NCBI GenBank assembly: GCA_963830915.1
Contig: CAWHOE010000010.1
Location: 32,001-96,000 of the forward strand
Direction: 5' to 3'
Source of the DNA: a candidate division FCPU426 bacterium
Lineage (GTDB): Bacteria; Oederibacteriota; Muellerivitia; Muellerivitales; Muellerivitaceae
DNA length: 64,000 nt
Shown here: positions 21,285 through 30,434 of the stretch, piece after piece
Layout of the letters: the number at the start of each line of letters is the position of its first letter
Position numbering within the stretch: the first letter of the stretch is position 1
Notes under the pieces: model-generated
Seen by the model: the letters and a program-made list of their open reading frames with translations, nothing else
The model's database searches: none
Told to the model about the DNA's origin: nothing
Position numbers and translations under genes: made by a program

Positions 21285-21854
21285 TTACTGCGCGAGGTGG
21301 ATGAAACGGTTCCACAAATAAACCAAAAACCAGCCAGCCGGAAATAACATCAATGAGGTACCCGCCCAGTGGACACACTCAGCCATTCCCACGCAATGAT
21401 CGGTCAAACCCATCATCCCAAGCATATTGCCCCAATCATGTCCTCCGCTTTCGCGGCCGGACATGCCCGTGATAAGAATAAGGGCTTGGACCTTGGCGTC
21501 GGCCATGTACCAACTCACTTCATCCAGGTTCTCTCCGAGCCAAAAAATGGAGAAAAAGATACCGGCCTTGTTTTTTTGATGATAAAAATTCAGCAGGCAA
21601 ATGACTGGAAAGGTCAATTGCATGAGGGTACCCCCGGCAATGGTGATGAAACGAACGCCTAAGATACCGTAGATCCAATGTCCTGCCTCGTGGAACACCA
21701 AATTCAAGGATGAAAGGATAATGAGAACTGAATTTTCCAAGTTGTAGAACCATTCGGCCATTGGCATGTTGTTTTGAAAAGGAAGGGTTAGAAACAAACT
21801 GACGATGGCGGAGAAAACACCAGCGATGATATATTTGCTAGTCTCGATTTTCAT
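21285..21854 (-). CDS. membrane protein with HExxH motif (M50-like metalloprotease)
   Basis: Several TM segments; FHEAGH, AGGTLMQL, GHDW. Confidence 0.7.
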   Translation of the reverse strand: MKIETSKYIIAGVFSAIVSLFLTLPFQNNMPMAEWFYNLENSVLIILSSLNLVFHEAGHWIYGILGVRFITIAGGTLMQLTFPVICLLNFYHQKNKAGIFFSIFWLGENLDEVSWYMADAKVQALILITGMSGRESGGHDWGNMLGMMGLTDHCVGMAECVHWAGTSLMLFPAGWFLVYLWNRFIHLAQ

Positions 21855-21914
21855 GAGCCCTCTATTTTAATTTCCGGTGGGTAGGGATGGATATGGATCA
21901 TTAACCACGGAACT

Positions 21915-22643
21915 TCAAAAAAACCTTCCTTTCATCAGCGCTTGCCCGAAAACGAAATAGCACCCTGAATCGATCAGGGAAAAGAGTCCGAACCCGGCCA
22001 AGGCCCAGGTGGTGAGATGTACATTGAGCAATTCCGCTTTTTGATGTAGCCGGTCGTGAACATCATCGATGCCACGCCGGACAATCAGGTAAATCAGTAA
22101 TAAAAGCATCATTGGCAAGGCGTAGCCAAGGTTGTAAAGAAGAATGTACCAGATCACCGAAGACAGTGGCGATCCTAGGGACGCGTATTTGCTCAGGGCG
22201 AATAGGTAGGGGATGGAAACAGGGAAGGATGTGATCGAAATGAAAGCGCCAATACTGAAGGTGAAACCACTATTCATGTTCCTTAATTTTTGAAAAAGTA
22301 TGTTTTCCCTAGGGTTTTGGGATTTCCGTTTTTTCCATCGGAAATACCACAAGCCGATGGCGACCATGACCAAACCGGTCAGGAATTCCGACTTGTAATA
22401 GAGGGAATTGGGGATATTCGCGCTGGATGGAAAGAACCTGCTAAGAAAGGAGCGAAGCTCATCCAAAACAAGGTAACCGCCGAAACCGCAGGCAAAATAG
22501 GCTCCGCTCAGTCCCGCCAGATAACTCAGGGAGTTGCGGAGGGGTTGAGCTGTCGTCAACAGGAGGAGAAAGACTACGATCTGTGATGTCGTCGACAAGC
22601 TATCGAACAAGGACATGGAGAAAGTGTAAAAAAATATATTCAT
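21915..22643 (-). CDS. GAP/Sap (LysE-superfamily-like) membrane protein
   Basis: About six TM helices; DSLS near the N-terminus, PY...LYN...LP pattern. Confidence 0.65.
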   Translation of the reverse strand: MNIFFYTFSMSLFDSLSTTSQIVVFLLLLTTAQPLRNSLSYLAGLSGAYFACGFGGYLVLDELRSFLSRFFPSSANIPNSLYYKSEFLTGLVMVAIGLWYFRWKKRKSQNPRENILFQKLRNMNSGFTFSIGAFISITSFPVSIPYLFALSKYASLGSPLSSVIWYILLYNLGYALPMMLLLLIYLIVRRGIDDVHDRLHQKAELLNVHLTTWALAGFGLFSLIDSGCYFVFGQALMKGRFF

Positions 22644-22901
22644 TCAAACCACCGGATTTTGGGTTGCCCCATTCTAGCCGTTAACTTTAGTTTGGCGGAA
22701 TCCTCTTTTGGAGGCCTGTTTATCTATTGTTTTGTCGCCGTGAGTGGAAGTGGGAGGAAAAAGGTTTGCCTGAATTTCATTTGCCAGCCCTTGAGTTATG
22801 GCGGGATAATATAATGAGTCTACTGGAAAAAGGGAGTGGCCAAATAGGCCCGATTTATCGAGCCCGCTTTTCCCGACTGTGATGAAATTGAAGGAGAGTT
22901 C

Positions 22902-23075
22902 ATGGAACAAATACCTCGGGACCATGAAAAACCCACTTTGGAAGCCTTTTGGAACGAGATCAGCCAACGGGCGAAAGAGATCTACGAAAAGAGGGTTAAG
23001 GCCAACAAGCCTGGGGATGAATTGTCCGATTGGTATCAAGCGGAAAAAGAAGTGAGAAAAAGGCATGAATCGTGA
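22902..23075 (+). CDS. small DUF2934-like protein (57 aa, below the ORF-track cutoff)
   Basis: AAGGAG RBS; MEQIPRDHEKPTLEAFWNEISQRAKEIYEKRVKANKPGDELSDWYQAEKEVRKRHES fits the IxxRAxxxxE...DWxxAE pattern. Confidence 0.8.
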   Translation: MEQIPRDHEKPTLEAFWNEISQRAKEIYEKRVKANKPGDELSDWYQAEKEVRKRHES

Positions 23076-23150
23076 TCGAAAATTAAAAGTGGCCAGGATG
23101 GAATGGGGAGATTTATCAGGATTCAAACATGGTAAAAAATTGTTTTTGGC

Positions 23151-23621
23151 TCATTGATTCAAACGGGCGTAAGAGAAACTCAAATAACCGGCGAATGTTA
23201 CCCAGCCCAGATAGGGGATCAGGAGCCAAGCGGCAGTTTGATCAAGGGCCGCGAAGTTAACGATGGTCACCGCGATTAATAACCACATCAATGCCAATTC
23301 CTCAAAAGCCCACCATAATCGTTTGATGCCGAAAAAGAAGAAAGACCAGGCGGAATTGACCAAAAGTTGAGAAACGAAAAGCCCGATGGCCAATTCCTTT
23401 CCAGACGTTTCGGCGGGTAATTGCCATATCAGGGTGAAGGCAAATGCCATCAAGGTATAGAGAATGGTCCAAACCGGACCAAAGATCCAACTGGGTGGGT
23501 TGAGGGGCGGTTTGACCAGGGTCTTGTACCAGGTCTTGACCGAGCGGGCCGTGAAGATAGCCCCGATGGCTCCGGCCCCTTGGCAAATGATGAAGGCTAT
23601 GATTAATTTCAACCAATCCAT
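23151..23621 (-). CDS. tspO: tryptophan-rich sensory protein (TspO/MBR)
   Basis: WYxxLxKPPLNPPSWIFGPVWTILY, NSAWSFFFF, LLIPYLGW. Confidence 0.95.
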   Translation of the reverse strand: MDWLKLIIAFIICQGAGAIGAIFTARSVKTWYKTLVKPPLNPPSWIFGPVWTILYTLMAFAFTLIWQLPAETSGKELAIGLFVSQLLVNSAWSFFFFGIKRLWWAFEELALMWLLIAVTIVNFAALDQTAAWLLIPYLGWVTFAGYLSFSYARLNQ

Positions 23622-23705
23622 GACGCAACCATTCTTGAAAAATGAAACTCAATTAGGAAAAAAGAAAACCCGTTTTCTACTCGCCGATAAAAGATGGTTA
23701 AGAGT

Positions 23706-24029
23706 TTAATTTGTGTGCGGTTTTCTACGTTCCACGACTGGTGGTTGGTGTTCTTTCCGGCGGTCCTTTGAATAAAGAACGAAGTTCCCATTGATCTTCT
23801 TATAGATGTATTTTCCTTCGGCGTCCCAAAAAAGGTTCTGGGCGATGGGTTTCAGGTGGACAGGAATGGCTTCCAGACGCGCCCGTCTGTCCTGGGAAAC
23901 GGGCCGATGGGACCTGCGGCGGTCATGAAGAACGAACACGAAACCGCTCCCCTGTTTCTTGAGTATCTGTTTTTTGACGGGATCGAAGAAATAATTACCG
24001 GTCAGTTTAAGATAGTTTTTCTCGGACAA
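23706..24029 (-). CDS. hypothetical 107-aa protein with two internal repeats ending in DRR...(D/E)RR
   Basis: AGGAGG RBS before TTG at 24029; clear internal duplication. Confidence 0.7.
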   Translation of the reverse strand: MSEKNYLKLTGNYFFDPVKKQILKKQGSGFVFVLHDRRRSHRPVSQDRRARLEAIPVHLKPIAQNLFWDAEGKYIYKKINGNFVLYSKDRRKEHQPPVVERRKPHTN

Positions 24030-24245
24030 GGTTCCCTCCTGAAATCTCCCGACTATTGAAACTCTTAATGATCTTGCGGTCAATGTCCAAGGGAAGAAAA
24101 AGACTAAAAAATTATTTTTAATTAGAGGTAAGACCTTGAAGAATAAGAAAAGAGGCCCGACTCGCTGTAATTGCCACTTCATTCATGCTTTCATCCGTAC
24201 CTTCCTATATAATTTTTGACCAATAAGCGAAAGGGAGGGAATGCC

Positions 24246-24920
24246 ATGAGAACCATGCTTCGTTGGGGGAGCGTCTTACTAGTTTGTCTCGGGGTGGCCT
24301 GTTGTTATAAAGGATTTCAATTTCCCGACAAGGCTGGGACCGTTTTCATTCGCCAGCCCATTGATAATATGGAAAACTTCAAATCCGCATTCGAGGCGCA
24401 AAAATCCCATCTTAAAACAGCGGGTTTTTCCGCCTATAGCCTCCATCGAGACATGACCAATCCCAGGGTTCTTATCATAACGCTAAAATGTTTAAGTCTT
24501 CGTAAAGGATTGAATTTAATTGAGTCGCCTGAATATATGTCGGCTCTGGAGAAGGGCGGCGCGGGGATCCCGGTGGTTTGGCCAGGGGTCGATGTGCGTG
24601 ATAGGAAATACATAAACCAACCCCCGCCGCCCGGAGGAATCGTCATCGCCAGAAACACGGTCCGCTCCTTTGACTTCTGGATGACTTGCTTTGCGGCTGA
24701 GACCCATCATCACGCGGGCCGTGGTTATATCCCGGGCAATCTTAGCGTCCATCGACAGTTCGGTGGTCAGGACGCGGTCATTGTCGCCCATGAGGCATCA
24801 GATGTTACTAAAGCTCCAGCTTTCATGGATGGCGAGGAAATGAAAGGTACTATGGAGGCGACTGGGGTAGTGGGTGTGGAGATATGGTATGGAATCAACC
24901 TGGAAGAAGGAAACCTTTGA
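24246..24920 (+). CDS. putative lipoprotein with two dimeric alpha/beta-barrel-like domains
   Basis: GGAGG RBS; lipobox-like GVAC; two similar halves separated by QPPPP. Confidence 0.6.
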   Translation: MRTMLRWGSVLLVCLGVACCYKGFQFPDKAGTVFIRQPIDNMENFKSAFEAQKSHLKTAGFSAYSLHRDMTNPRVLIITLKCLSLRKGLNLIESPEYMSALEKGGAGIPVVWPGVDVRDRKYINQPPPPGGIVIARNTVRSFDFWMTCFAAETHHHAGRGYIPGNLSVHRQFGGQDAVIVAHEASDVTKAPAFMDGEEMKGTMEATGVVGVEIWYGINLEEGNL

Positions 24921-24986
24921 TAAAAATATTTTCAGGAATGAATTGTTGAGGACTCGTCCTGTCGTTCGACAGGGAGTGGACACCCT

Positions 24987-26867
24987 TTAATACTCATCGA
25001 AATGTTCCCTGGCGCGGCTTCTTAATTCCCCCAAGAAGTGCGGGTTTGTTTTTCCGATTAGGTCATCCAATTCTTCAGGGTCTTTTTGGATGTCATTCAA
25101 CCTTCCGGGGTCGTCCACGGAGGTGTCTACCAATCGTGTGAATTTCAGGATGCTGTCGGCCATATAGTAAACTACAGCGCCTTCCTGACTGGTTCTTCTG
25201 ACAGCGCTTAAATGACAACTCCATGGATTGATCCTGGGTCTTAATAAAGATTGACCCTGCCAAACGCTTGGGAAATCAACACCGGCAAGGTCCGTTATGG
25301 TTGGAGCGATATCGATCTGGGTTCCGAAACGCGTTTCGGGAAAGGACGGAAGGGGATGGGAGCCGAAAAAGATCATGGGTATATGGATCGCTCCAAGGGC
25401 TGCGTAACAACCATGCCCATATTCCCCCTTCTCTCCCAGAAGTTGACCATGGTCTCCGGTAAAAACTGCCACATAGTCCTCCAAGTAGCCTTTCTGTTTG
25501 AGCATCAATAACAACTTCCTCATCACTGAGTCCATCTGCAAGATACGGTCATCGTAACCGTTGATCGTGGCTTGGATATCCGTCTGATCTCGACTGCCAG
25601 TAAAAACCAGGTTCAGGATGTTACGGTAGGGTTTGTATTGCTGGTAAGGTTCCAGCAATTCACTGAGCTGATGAACGGATATCAAATGGATGTAAAAGAA
25701 GTGATACCCTCCGTCGTCCTTCTCGAGATTGGCTACTTCGTCGACCACTAGTTCATCGTCGCAGCTGCCTCTTGGCCCGGGGTGCTCGGATCCGTCAAAG
25801 AAAAGATCAATCTTTTTTCCGAAAGATTTATGGTCCAGCTGCCAACCGTGTCCTCCAGCGAGAATGAGACGCGTTTTAAAGCCATGATCCGAAAGGTAAT
25901 CGGGAAGAGTGTAATCAAATTGGCACATATTGGTGGGTTCTTTGGAGGTCAACAAACATTGGAGCCCGGTGATGGTTTCTAGGCCATTGGACAAACCCAG
26001 GTCCACCTTGACGGCGTTATTTTTGACGAAAAAATCCGAAAGAAAAGGGGTCAAAGGACGGGCATAACCATAAATGGGTAGATGGTCAGCCCGCATTGCA
26101 TCTACTACGAAAAGAAATATATTGTGGACCTTGGGGAATTGGCGTTTAACCTTCCTTTCTTCGAGACGATCCTTTCGGACCCAGTCGAGCCTTTTTCGGG
26201 TCATGGGGAAAAGGGAACTTTTAGCCTTGAAGAAGGTGACGACTGGATCATGGCTAAAGTTACCGCTTTTGTCGATGGAAGGATCGGCGGTTACTACGAT
26301 GACCACGATGGCCAACCATGTCATGACACAGAAACCTGCTATGAGCCTTCGCCGGTTGGTGTTAAGTTCCTCAAATGCTTCTTTTAAGGCCCAGTACCAA
26401 ATGAGCATGTCGCGGACCCTGCCTTCGAAAATAAGGATCAAGGCGACTAGTGGCAGAATCAGCAGGGCAATGAAGAGGGCCCTGGGGATATCGAAGTTAT
26501 CCGCCACATCGAAGAGGTGAGGGATGAAGCCTAAGACTTGGATATAGTTGAGAGTGTCATCCCAAGAGAAATAACCAACTAAAGCGCAGATGTAAATGAG
26601 GTAAAGAATAAAAATGGAAAAAGAAGGGACCAGGACCGCGGGGATAAAAAGCGCCTTGATCCTCCACCTAAGCAATTGGTCCCGGATCAGGATCATGATG
26701 ATGAAAGTGTTGATGAGCCAAAGAATCAACACTATAAAATGTTGCCAGACTAAAGAGAATTCGTTGCAGAATCTGGGAAAGACAACGGAAAGATATGAAA
26801 TTGACATCAAAACCGGGATCAGGATGATGGGCCAGAGTGTATGTTTTTTTGGGAATGGGGTGGTCAT
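24987..26867 (-). CDS. membrane-anchored alkaline-phosphatase/sulfatase-superfamily enzyme (LtaS/EptA-like)
   Basis: About five N-terminal TM helices; VVDAMRAD, SNGLET, HLISVH, TGDHGQ, QIDIAPT. Start placed at 26867 because a terminator lies at 26974-27005. Confidence 0.8.
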   Translation of the reverse strand: MTTPFPKKHTLWPIILIPVLMSISYLSVVFPRFCNEFSLVWQHFIVLILWLINTFIIMILIRDQLLRWRIKALFIPAVLVPSFSIFILYLIYICALVGYFSWDDTLNYIQVLGFIPHLFDVADNFDIPRALFIALLILPLVALILIFEGRVRDMLIWYWALKEAFEELNTNRRRLIAGFCVMTWLAIVVIVVTADPSIDKSGNFSHDPVVTFFKAKSSLFPMTRKRLDWVRKDRLEERKVKRQFPKVHNIFLFVVDAMRADHLPIYGYARPLTPFLSDFFVKNNAVKVDLGLSNGLETITGLQCLLTSKEPTNMCQFDYTLPDYLSDHGFKTRLILAGGHGWQLDHKSFGKKIDLFFDGSEHPGPRGSCDDELVVDEVANLEKDDGGYHFFYIHLISVHQLSELLEPYQQYKPYRNILNLVFTGSRDQTDIQATINGYDDRILQMDSVMRKLLLMLKQKGYLEDYVAVFTGDHGQLLGEKGEYGHGCYAALGAIHIPMIFFGSHPLPSFPETRFGTQIDIAPTITDLAGVDFPSVWQGQSLLRPRINPWSCHLSAVRRTSQEGAVVYYMADSILKFTRLVDTSVDDPGRLNDIQKDPEELDDLIGKTNPHFLGELRSRAREHFDEY

Positions 26868-26973
26868 GTTTTCCCTTAACTTGGATTGGTCAGGCTTCAT
26901 TATATAAAGGAGTTGGGATGGAACGGTGGAATTTGAGCGGTTGACTTGAAAGGATTCGGTTAAGGCAAGCAAT

Positions 26974-27005
26974 AAAAAAGCCGACCTTGCGAGGGTGGCT
27001 TTTTT
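26974..27005. terminator. intrinsic terminator downstream of trpB2 (bidirectional form)
   Basis: A6-GCCGACC...GGTGGC-T6 hairpin. Confidence 0.75.
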
Positions 27006-27034
27006 ACGTCTGGCGACTAATCAGCGTAAATCTA

Positions 27035-28327
27035 TTATCCGTTCATGAATTCGTCATAAGCGGTGAGGTCCAACATGCCGTGGCCGGAAAGATTGAAAAG
27101 GATGATTCTTTTCTTTCCTTCCTTTTTCGCCTCTTTGGCTTCCGATACCGCCTGGGCGATGGCATGAGAGGACTCGGGGGCCGGAATGAGACCCTCAGAA
27201 CGTGAAAAGGACAAAGCGGCATCGAATACCTCTTCTTGAGGAACTGATTTTGCCTCAATGAGTTTTTGGTCCAGTAAGTGACTGACCGTTGGTGCCATCC
27301 CGTGATATCGCAACCCGCCGGCGTGAATGGAAGGCGGCATGAAATCCGCGCCCAGGGTGTACATTTTCATCAGAGGAGTGGTCTGGTTGGTATCCCCAAA
27401 ATCATAACGATACTCACCCTTGGTCATGGAGGGGCAGGAAGAAGGTTCCACGGCCACGATGCGAGTTTTTTTGCCTTTTTTGAGGTTCTGTTCCACGAAG
27501 GGAAATGCGATGCCGGCGAAGTTTGAGCCGCCTCCAGCACAGCCAATGACCACGTCTGGATACTCGCCGGCCAATTCCATCTGTTTCAGCGATTCTTGGC
27601 CGATGACCGTTTGATGCATGCAAACGTGGTTCAGTACCGATCCAAGCGCGTATTTAGTGTTGGGAGTCTTGGTGATGTCCTCAATAGCCTCGGAAATGGC
27701 GATACCCAGGCTTCCCGGGCAATCCGGGTCCTGGTGAAGTACCTTGCGGCCATACTCGGTCTCGTGACTAGGTGACGGGAATACTTTGGCTCCCCAAGTC
27801 TGCATCATGAGTTTGCGGTAGGGTTTCTGGTGGAAGCTAACCCTAACCATAAATACGCGACATTCTATGCCGAAAAGTTTACAAGCCATGGCCAAAGATG
27901 AGCCCCATTGGCCCGCTCCGGTTTCGGTGGAAATCCGTTTGGTCCCGGCCTGCTTGTTGTAATAAGCCTGGGGAACGGCGGTATTGGGTTTATGAGAACC
28001 GGCGGGGGAGACGCCCTCGTATTTGTAATAGATATGGGCGGGCGTGTCGAGGAGCTTTTCAAATCGGGTCGCCCGCAATAAGGGAGTTGGGCGCCAGAGG
28101 GAATAGATATCCCTAACTTCTGCCGGGATTTCGATGCGATTCTCTGGACTCATTTCCTGCATGACTAAGTTTTCGGGGAAGATTGCGGTCATCAGGTCAG
28201 GGGTCACGGGTTGCTTGGTACCTGGATGGAGCGGCGGAGGCATCGGAACAGGGAAATCAGGAAGGATGTTGTACCAATGGGTGGGAATGTCCTTTTGGGT
28301 CAGGTCGAAACGAGTGTTGTTGCTCAT
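27035..28327 (-). CDS. trpB2: TrpB-like PLP enzyme (tryptophan synthase beta, type 2)
   Basis: GSHKPN (PLP lysine), [34 protein letters not shown]. Confidence 0.95.
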   Translation of the reverse strand: MSNNTRFDLTQKDIPTHWYNILPDFPVPMPPPLHPGTKQPVTPDLMTAIFPENLVMQEMSPENRIEIPAEVRDIYSLWRPTPLLRATRFEKLLDTPAHIYYKYEGVSPAGSHKPNTAVPQAYYNKQAGTKRISTETGAGQWGSSLAMACKLFGIECRVFMVRVSFHQKPYRKLMMQTWGAKVFPSPSHETEYGRKVLHQDPDCPGSLGIAISEAIEDITKTPNTKYALGSVLNHVCMHQTVIGQESLKQMELAGEYPDVVIGCAGGGSNFAGIAFPFVEQNLKKGKKTRIVAVEPSSCPSMTKGEYRYDFGDTNQTTPLMKMYTLGADFMPPSIHAGGLRYHGMAPTVSHLLDQKLIEAKSVPQEEVFDAALSFSRSEGLIPAPESSHAIAQAVSEAKEAKKEGKKRIILFNLSGHGMLDLTAYDEFMNG

Positions 28328-28611
28328 GGTTTATCCTTTTTATCTGGGATGATTGATCGGTCAAACGAGACCAAATTATAAAAGGATTCGAGGCTACTCA
28401 GCACCGCTTTTTGTATGTTTTTTTGGGGTTGAAGGGGTGAAAAGAATGCAAGATTGGATTGATTCGCCAATAAAAGACAAGGTTTAAGCTTTCATCTTTA
28501 ACAAGTTTGTTATTGGATTCCGCCGACGTCCCTGTTGGTTGTTGTGGTAATATTTCAACAGAGAACCGTCTATATAAAAGATATACATACGAAAATCCTA
28601 AGGAAAATCCA

Positions 28612-30222
28612 TTGCGTATAAGCTTACGACCTTTCCTTTTTCTCCTCTTGTTCGTTACGTTATTCACGATGGGCAGGGGCTGGGCTCAAAATCTAACTCT
28701 TCAAAAAAGCGCTTCTCCCTCTGTTTCCGCTTTTGGGGACACAGTCACCATCTGCATGACCCTTTCGGCCAATGTCACGATCAAAGCTGACATCGCATGG
28801 ATCATTGATGTCACTGGTTCCATGGGTGGAGCGCTAGGCAACATCATTAGCGACATTACGACATTTACCAACAATTTAGCTGCTGCAGGAATCGACTACC
28901 AAAATGGATTAGTTTGCTATAGGGATATCAATTATCCGGATTTGGCTGGAGAGCCGAACCTAGCTGTTTATCCCCTGACGAACAACAACGCAACCCTGAT
29001 CGCTGAATTGTCCGCACAATCAGCCGAGGGAGGGGGCGATACCCCCGAATCGGGGTTGGAAGGTCTCCAGGCCGCGGTTTCGGCAACGAATTATACCGAA
29101 CCGACTGTTCCGTTGAACTGGAGGCCTGACGCCTCCCACACAATGATCATGGTCACGGACGCGGGAGTTCATTCGGTCGAATTCGACGGGAAAAGCTCAC
29201 TTTCCTTTATTAATTTTCCCGCAAGCCTTGCCGCACAGGGGTTCAAGATCGACGCGATTAGTTCGGATTGCAGTATCGCTCCTAATACCTGTACTGATAG
29301 CGGGGCCGCCTGTACCTACTGCTCACCCGAAGTCATAGCTTCTTCAACTGGTGGAGTTTGGATGCCATTGTCATCTTCCGCTTCCGCCTGGGTCACTTTC
29401 ATGTCGACCTTGAGTTCGAGTGTGGAGAGCTATACCAACGTGGTCATTACTGATCCGCTTCCCGCTGGTTTGGTACCGATTCCTGGCATGTCGGGAGGGG
29501 CCAGTATTGTTGGCAATACACTTTCATGGACGATTCCGCTGGTATCTTTTGGTATGACTCCAACTCCCGTGGTGGAATGCGCGGCGGTCACTCTTTCCTC
29601 AAATATGCCAGGCACGATCTTGAACACCAGCTATGTCACGGCTTCCGGAGTCAGCCAGGTGACGGGAAACACAATTAGTATTATTAGTTACGGAACGACT
29701 CCTACGCCCACCTATACCCAAACCTTATCGCCAACCCCTACCTTAAGTCCCACTCAAACCTATACTCCCACGCAAACTTACACGCCCACCCAAACCTTTA
29801 CCCCTACCCAGACTTTCACACCTACCTTTACTGGAACAAACACCGATACCTTTACGGCCACCCTGACGGCCACAATAACCTGGACCAACACTCCGACCAT
29901 GACCCCTACCCAAACCAACACCTTTACGGTGACACCCACACCGACCATTCCCTTGAGGCTCTGGCCCAATCCTTATAACCCCAGCCTAGCGGTCGGGGGA
30001 ACCTTGAAGGTCGGTTTAATGCCCCCTGGTTCCACCTTCAGCATCTATACGGTTTCAGGAGAGCTGGTCTTCAAGGCCTCAGAGGTCCAGGGTTACGTTC
30101 ATTGGGACGATCGGAACCGATTTGGTTCGTTTGTTTCCGCTGGCATTTACTTCTATGTTGTTCAACAGGGCACTCAGACCCTCTTGACGGGCAAACTTTT
30201 GATAACTGGCAATAGTTCCTGA
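28612..30222 (+). CDS. secreted vWA-domain protein (paralog of 3651-5111) with long Thr/Pro stalk and T9SS-like C-terminal domain
   Basis: AAGGA RBS and TTG; DVTGSM, GGDTPE; WPNPYNP...IYTVSGE...GIYFY...GKLLI. Confidence 0.85.
   Translation: MRISLRPFLFLLLFVTLFTMGRGWAQNLTLQKSASPSVSAFGDTVTICMTLSANVTIKADIAWIIDVTGSMGGALGNIISDITTFTNNLAAAGIDYQNGLVCYRDINYPDLAGEPNLAVYPLTNNNATLIAELSAQSAEGGGDTPESGLEGLQAAVSATNYTEPTVPLNWRPDASHTMIMVTDAGVHSVEFDGKSSLSFINFPASLAAQGFKIDAISSDCSIAPNTCTDSGAACTYCSPEVIASSTGGVWMPLSSSASAWVTFMSTLSSSVESYTNVVITDPLPAGLVPIPGMSGGASIVGNTLSWTIPLVSFGMTPTPVVECAAVTLSSNMPGTILNTSYVTASGVSQVTGNTISIISYGTTPTPTYTQTLSPTPTLSPTQTYTPTQTYTPTQTFTPTQTFTPTFTGTNTDTFTATLTATITWTNTPTMTPTQTNTFTVTPTPTIPLRLWPNPYNPSLAVGGTLKVGLMPPGSTFSIYTVSGELVFKASEVQGYVHWDDRNRFGSFVSAGIYFYVVQQGTQTLLTGKLLITGNSS
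29749..29820 (+). repeat. four 18-nt coding tandem repeats (PTQT[Y/F]T)
   Basis: Units differ almost only at third codon positions. Confidence 0.8.
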
Positions 30223-30434
30223 GGTTTGGTGGTTTCCTGATTTTTTGTCATTCCTGTCCCTCATTCTAACAGGTGCTATCCACCAGGGGACTCTTCCGCT
30301 TCCCCTGGGACTTCCTGGTTGAAAACGTTTTTTCTAACTATATTGGCTCCCCGAACGAAGATTCGTTTCGGTTTTACTTGGCAAAAACCATATAATCGTT
30401 CGTCGGTCGCTAATCTCCGCCGGGGAACGAGAAC

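Noticed and set aside
22674..23126. 150-aa minus-strand ORF
   Set aside because: Overlaps the better-supported DUF2934-like gene and has no motifs.
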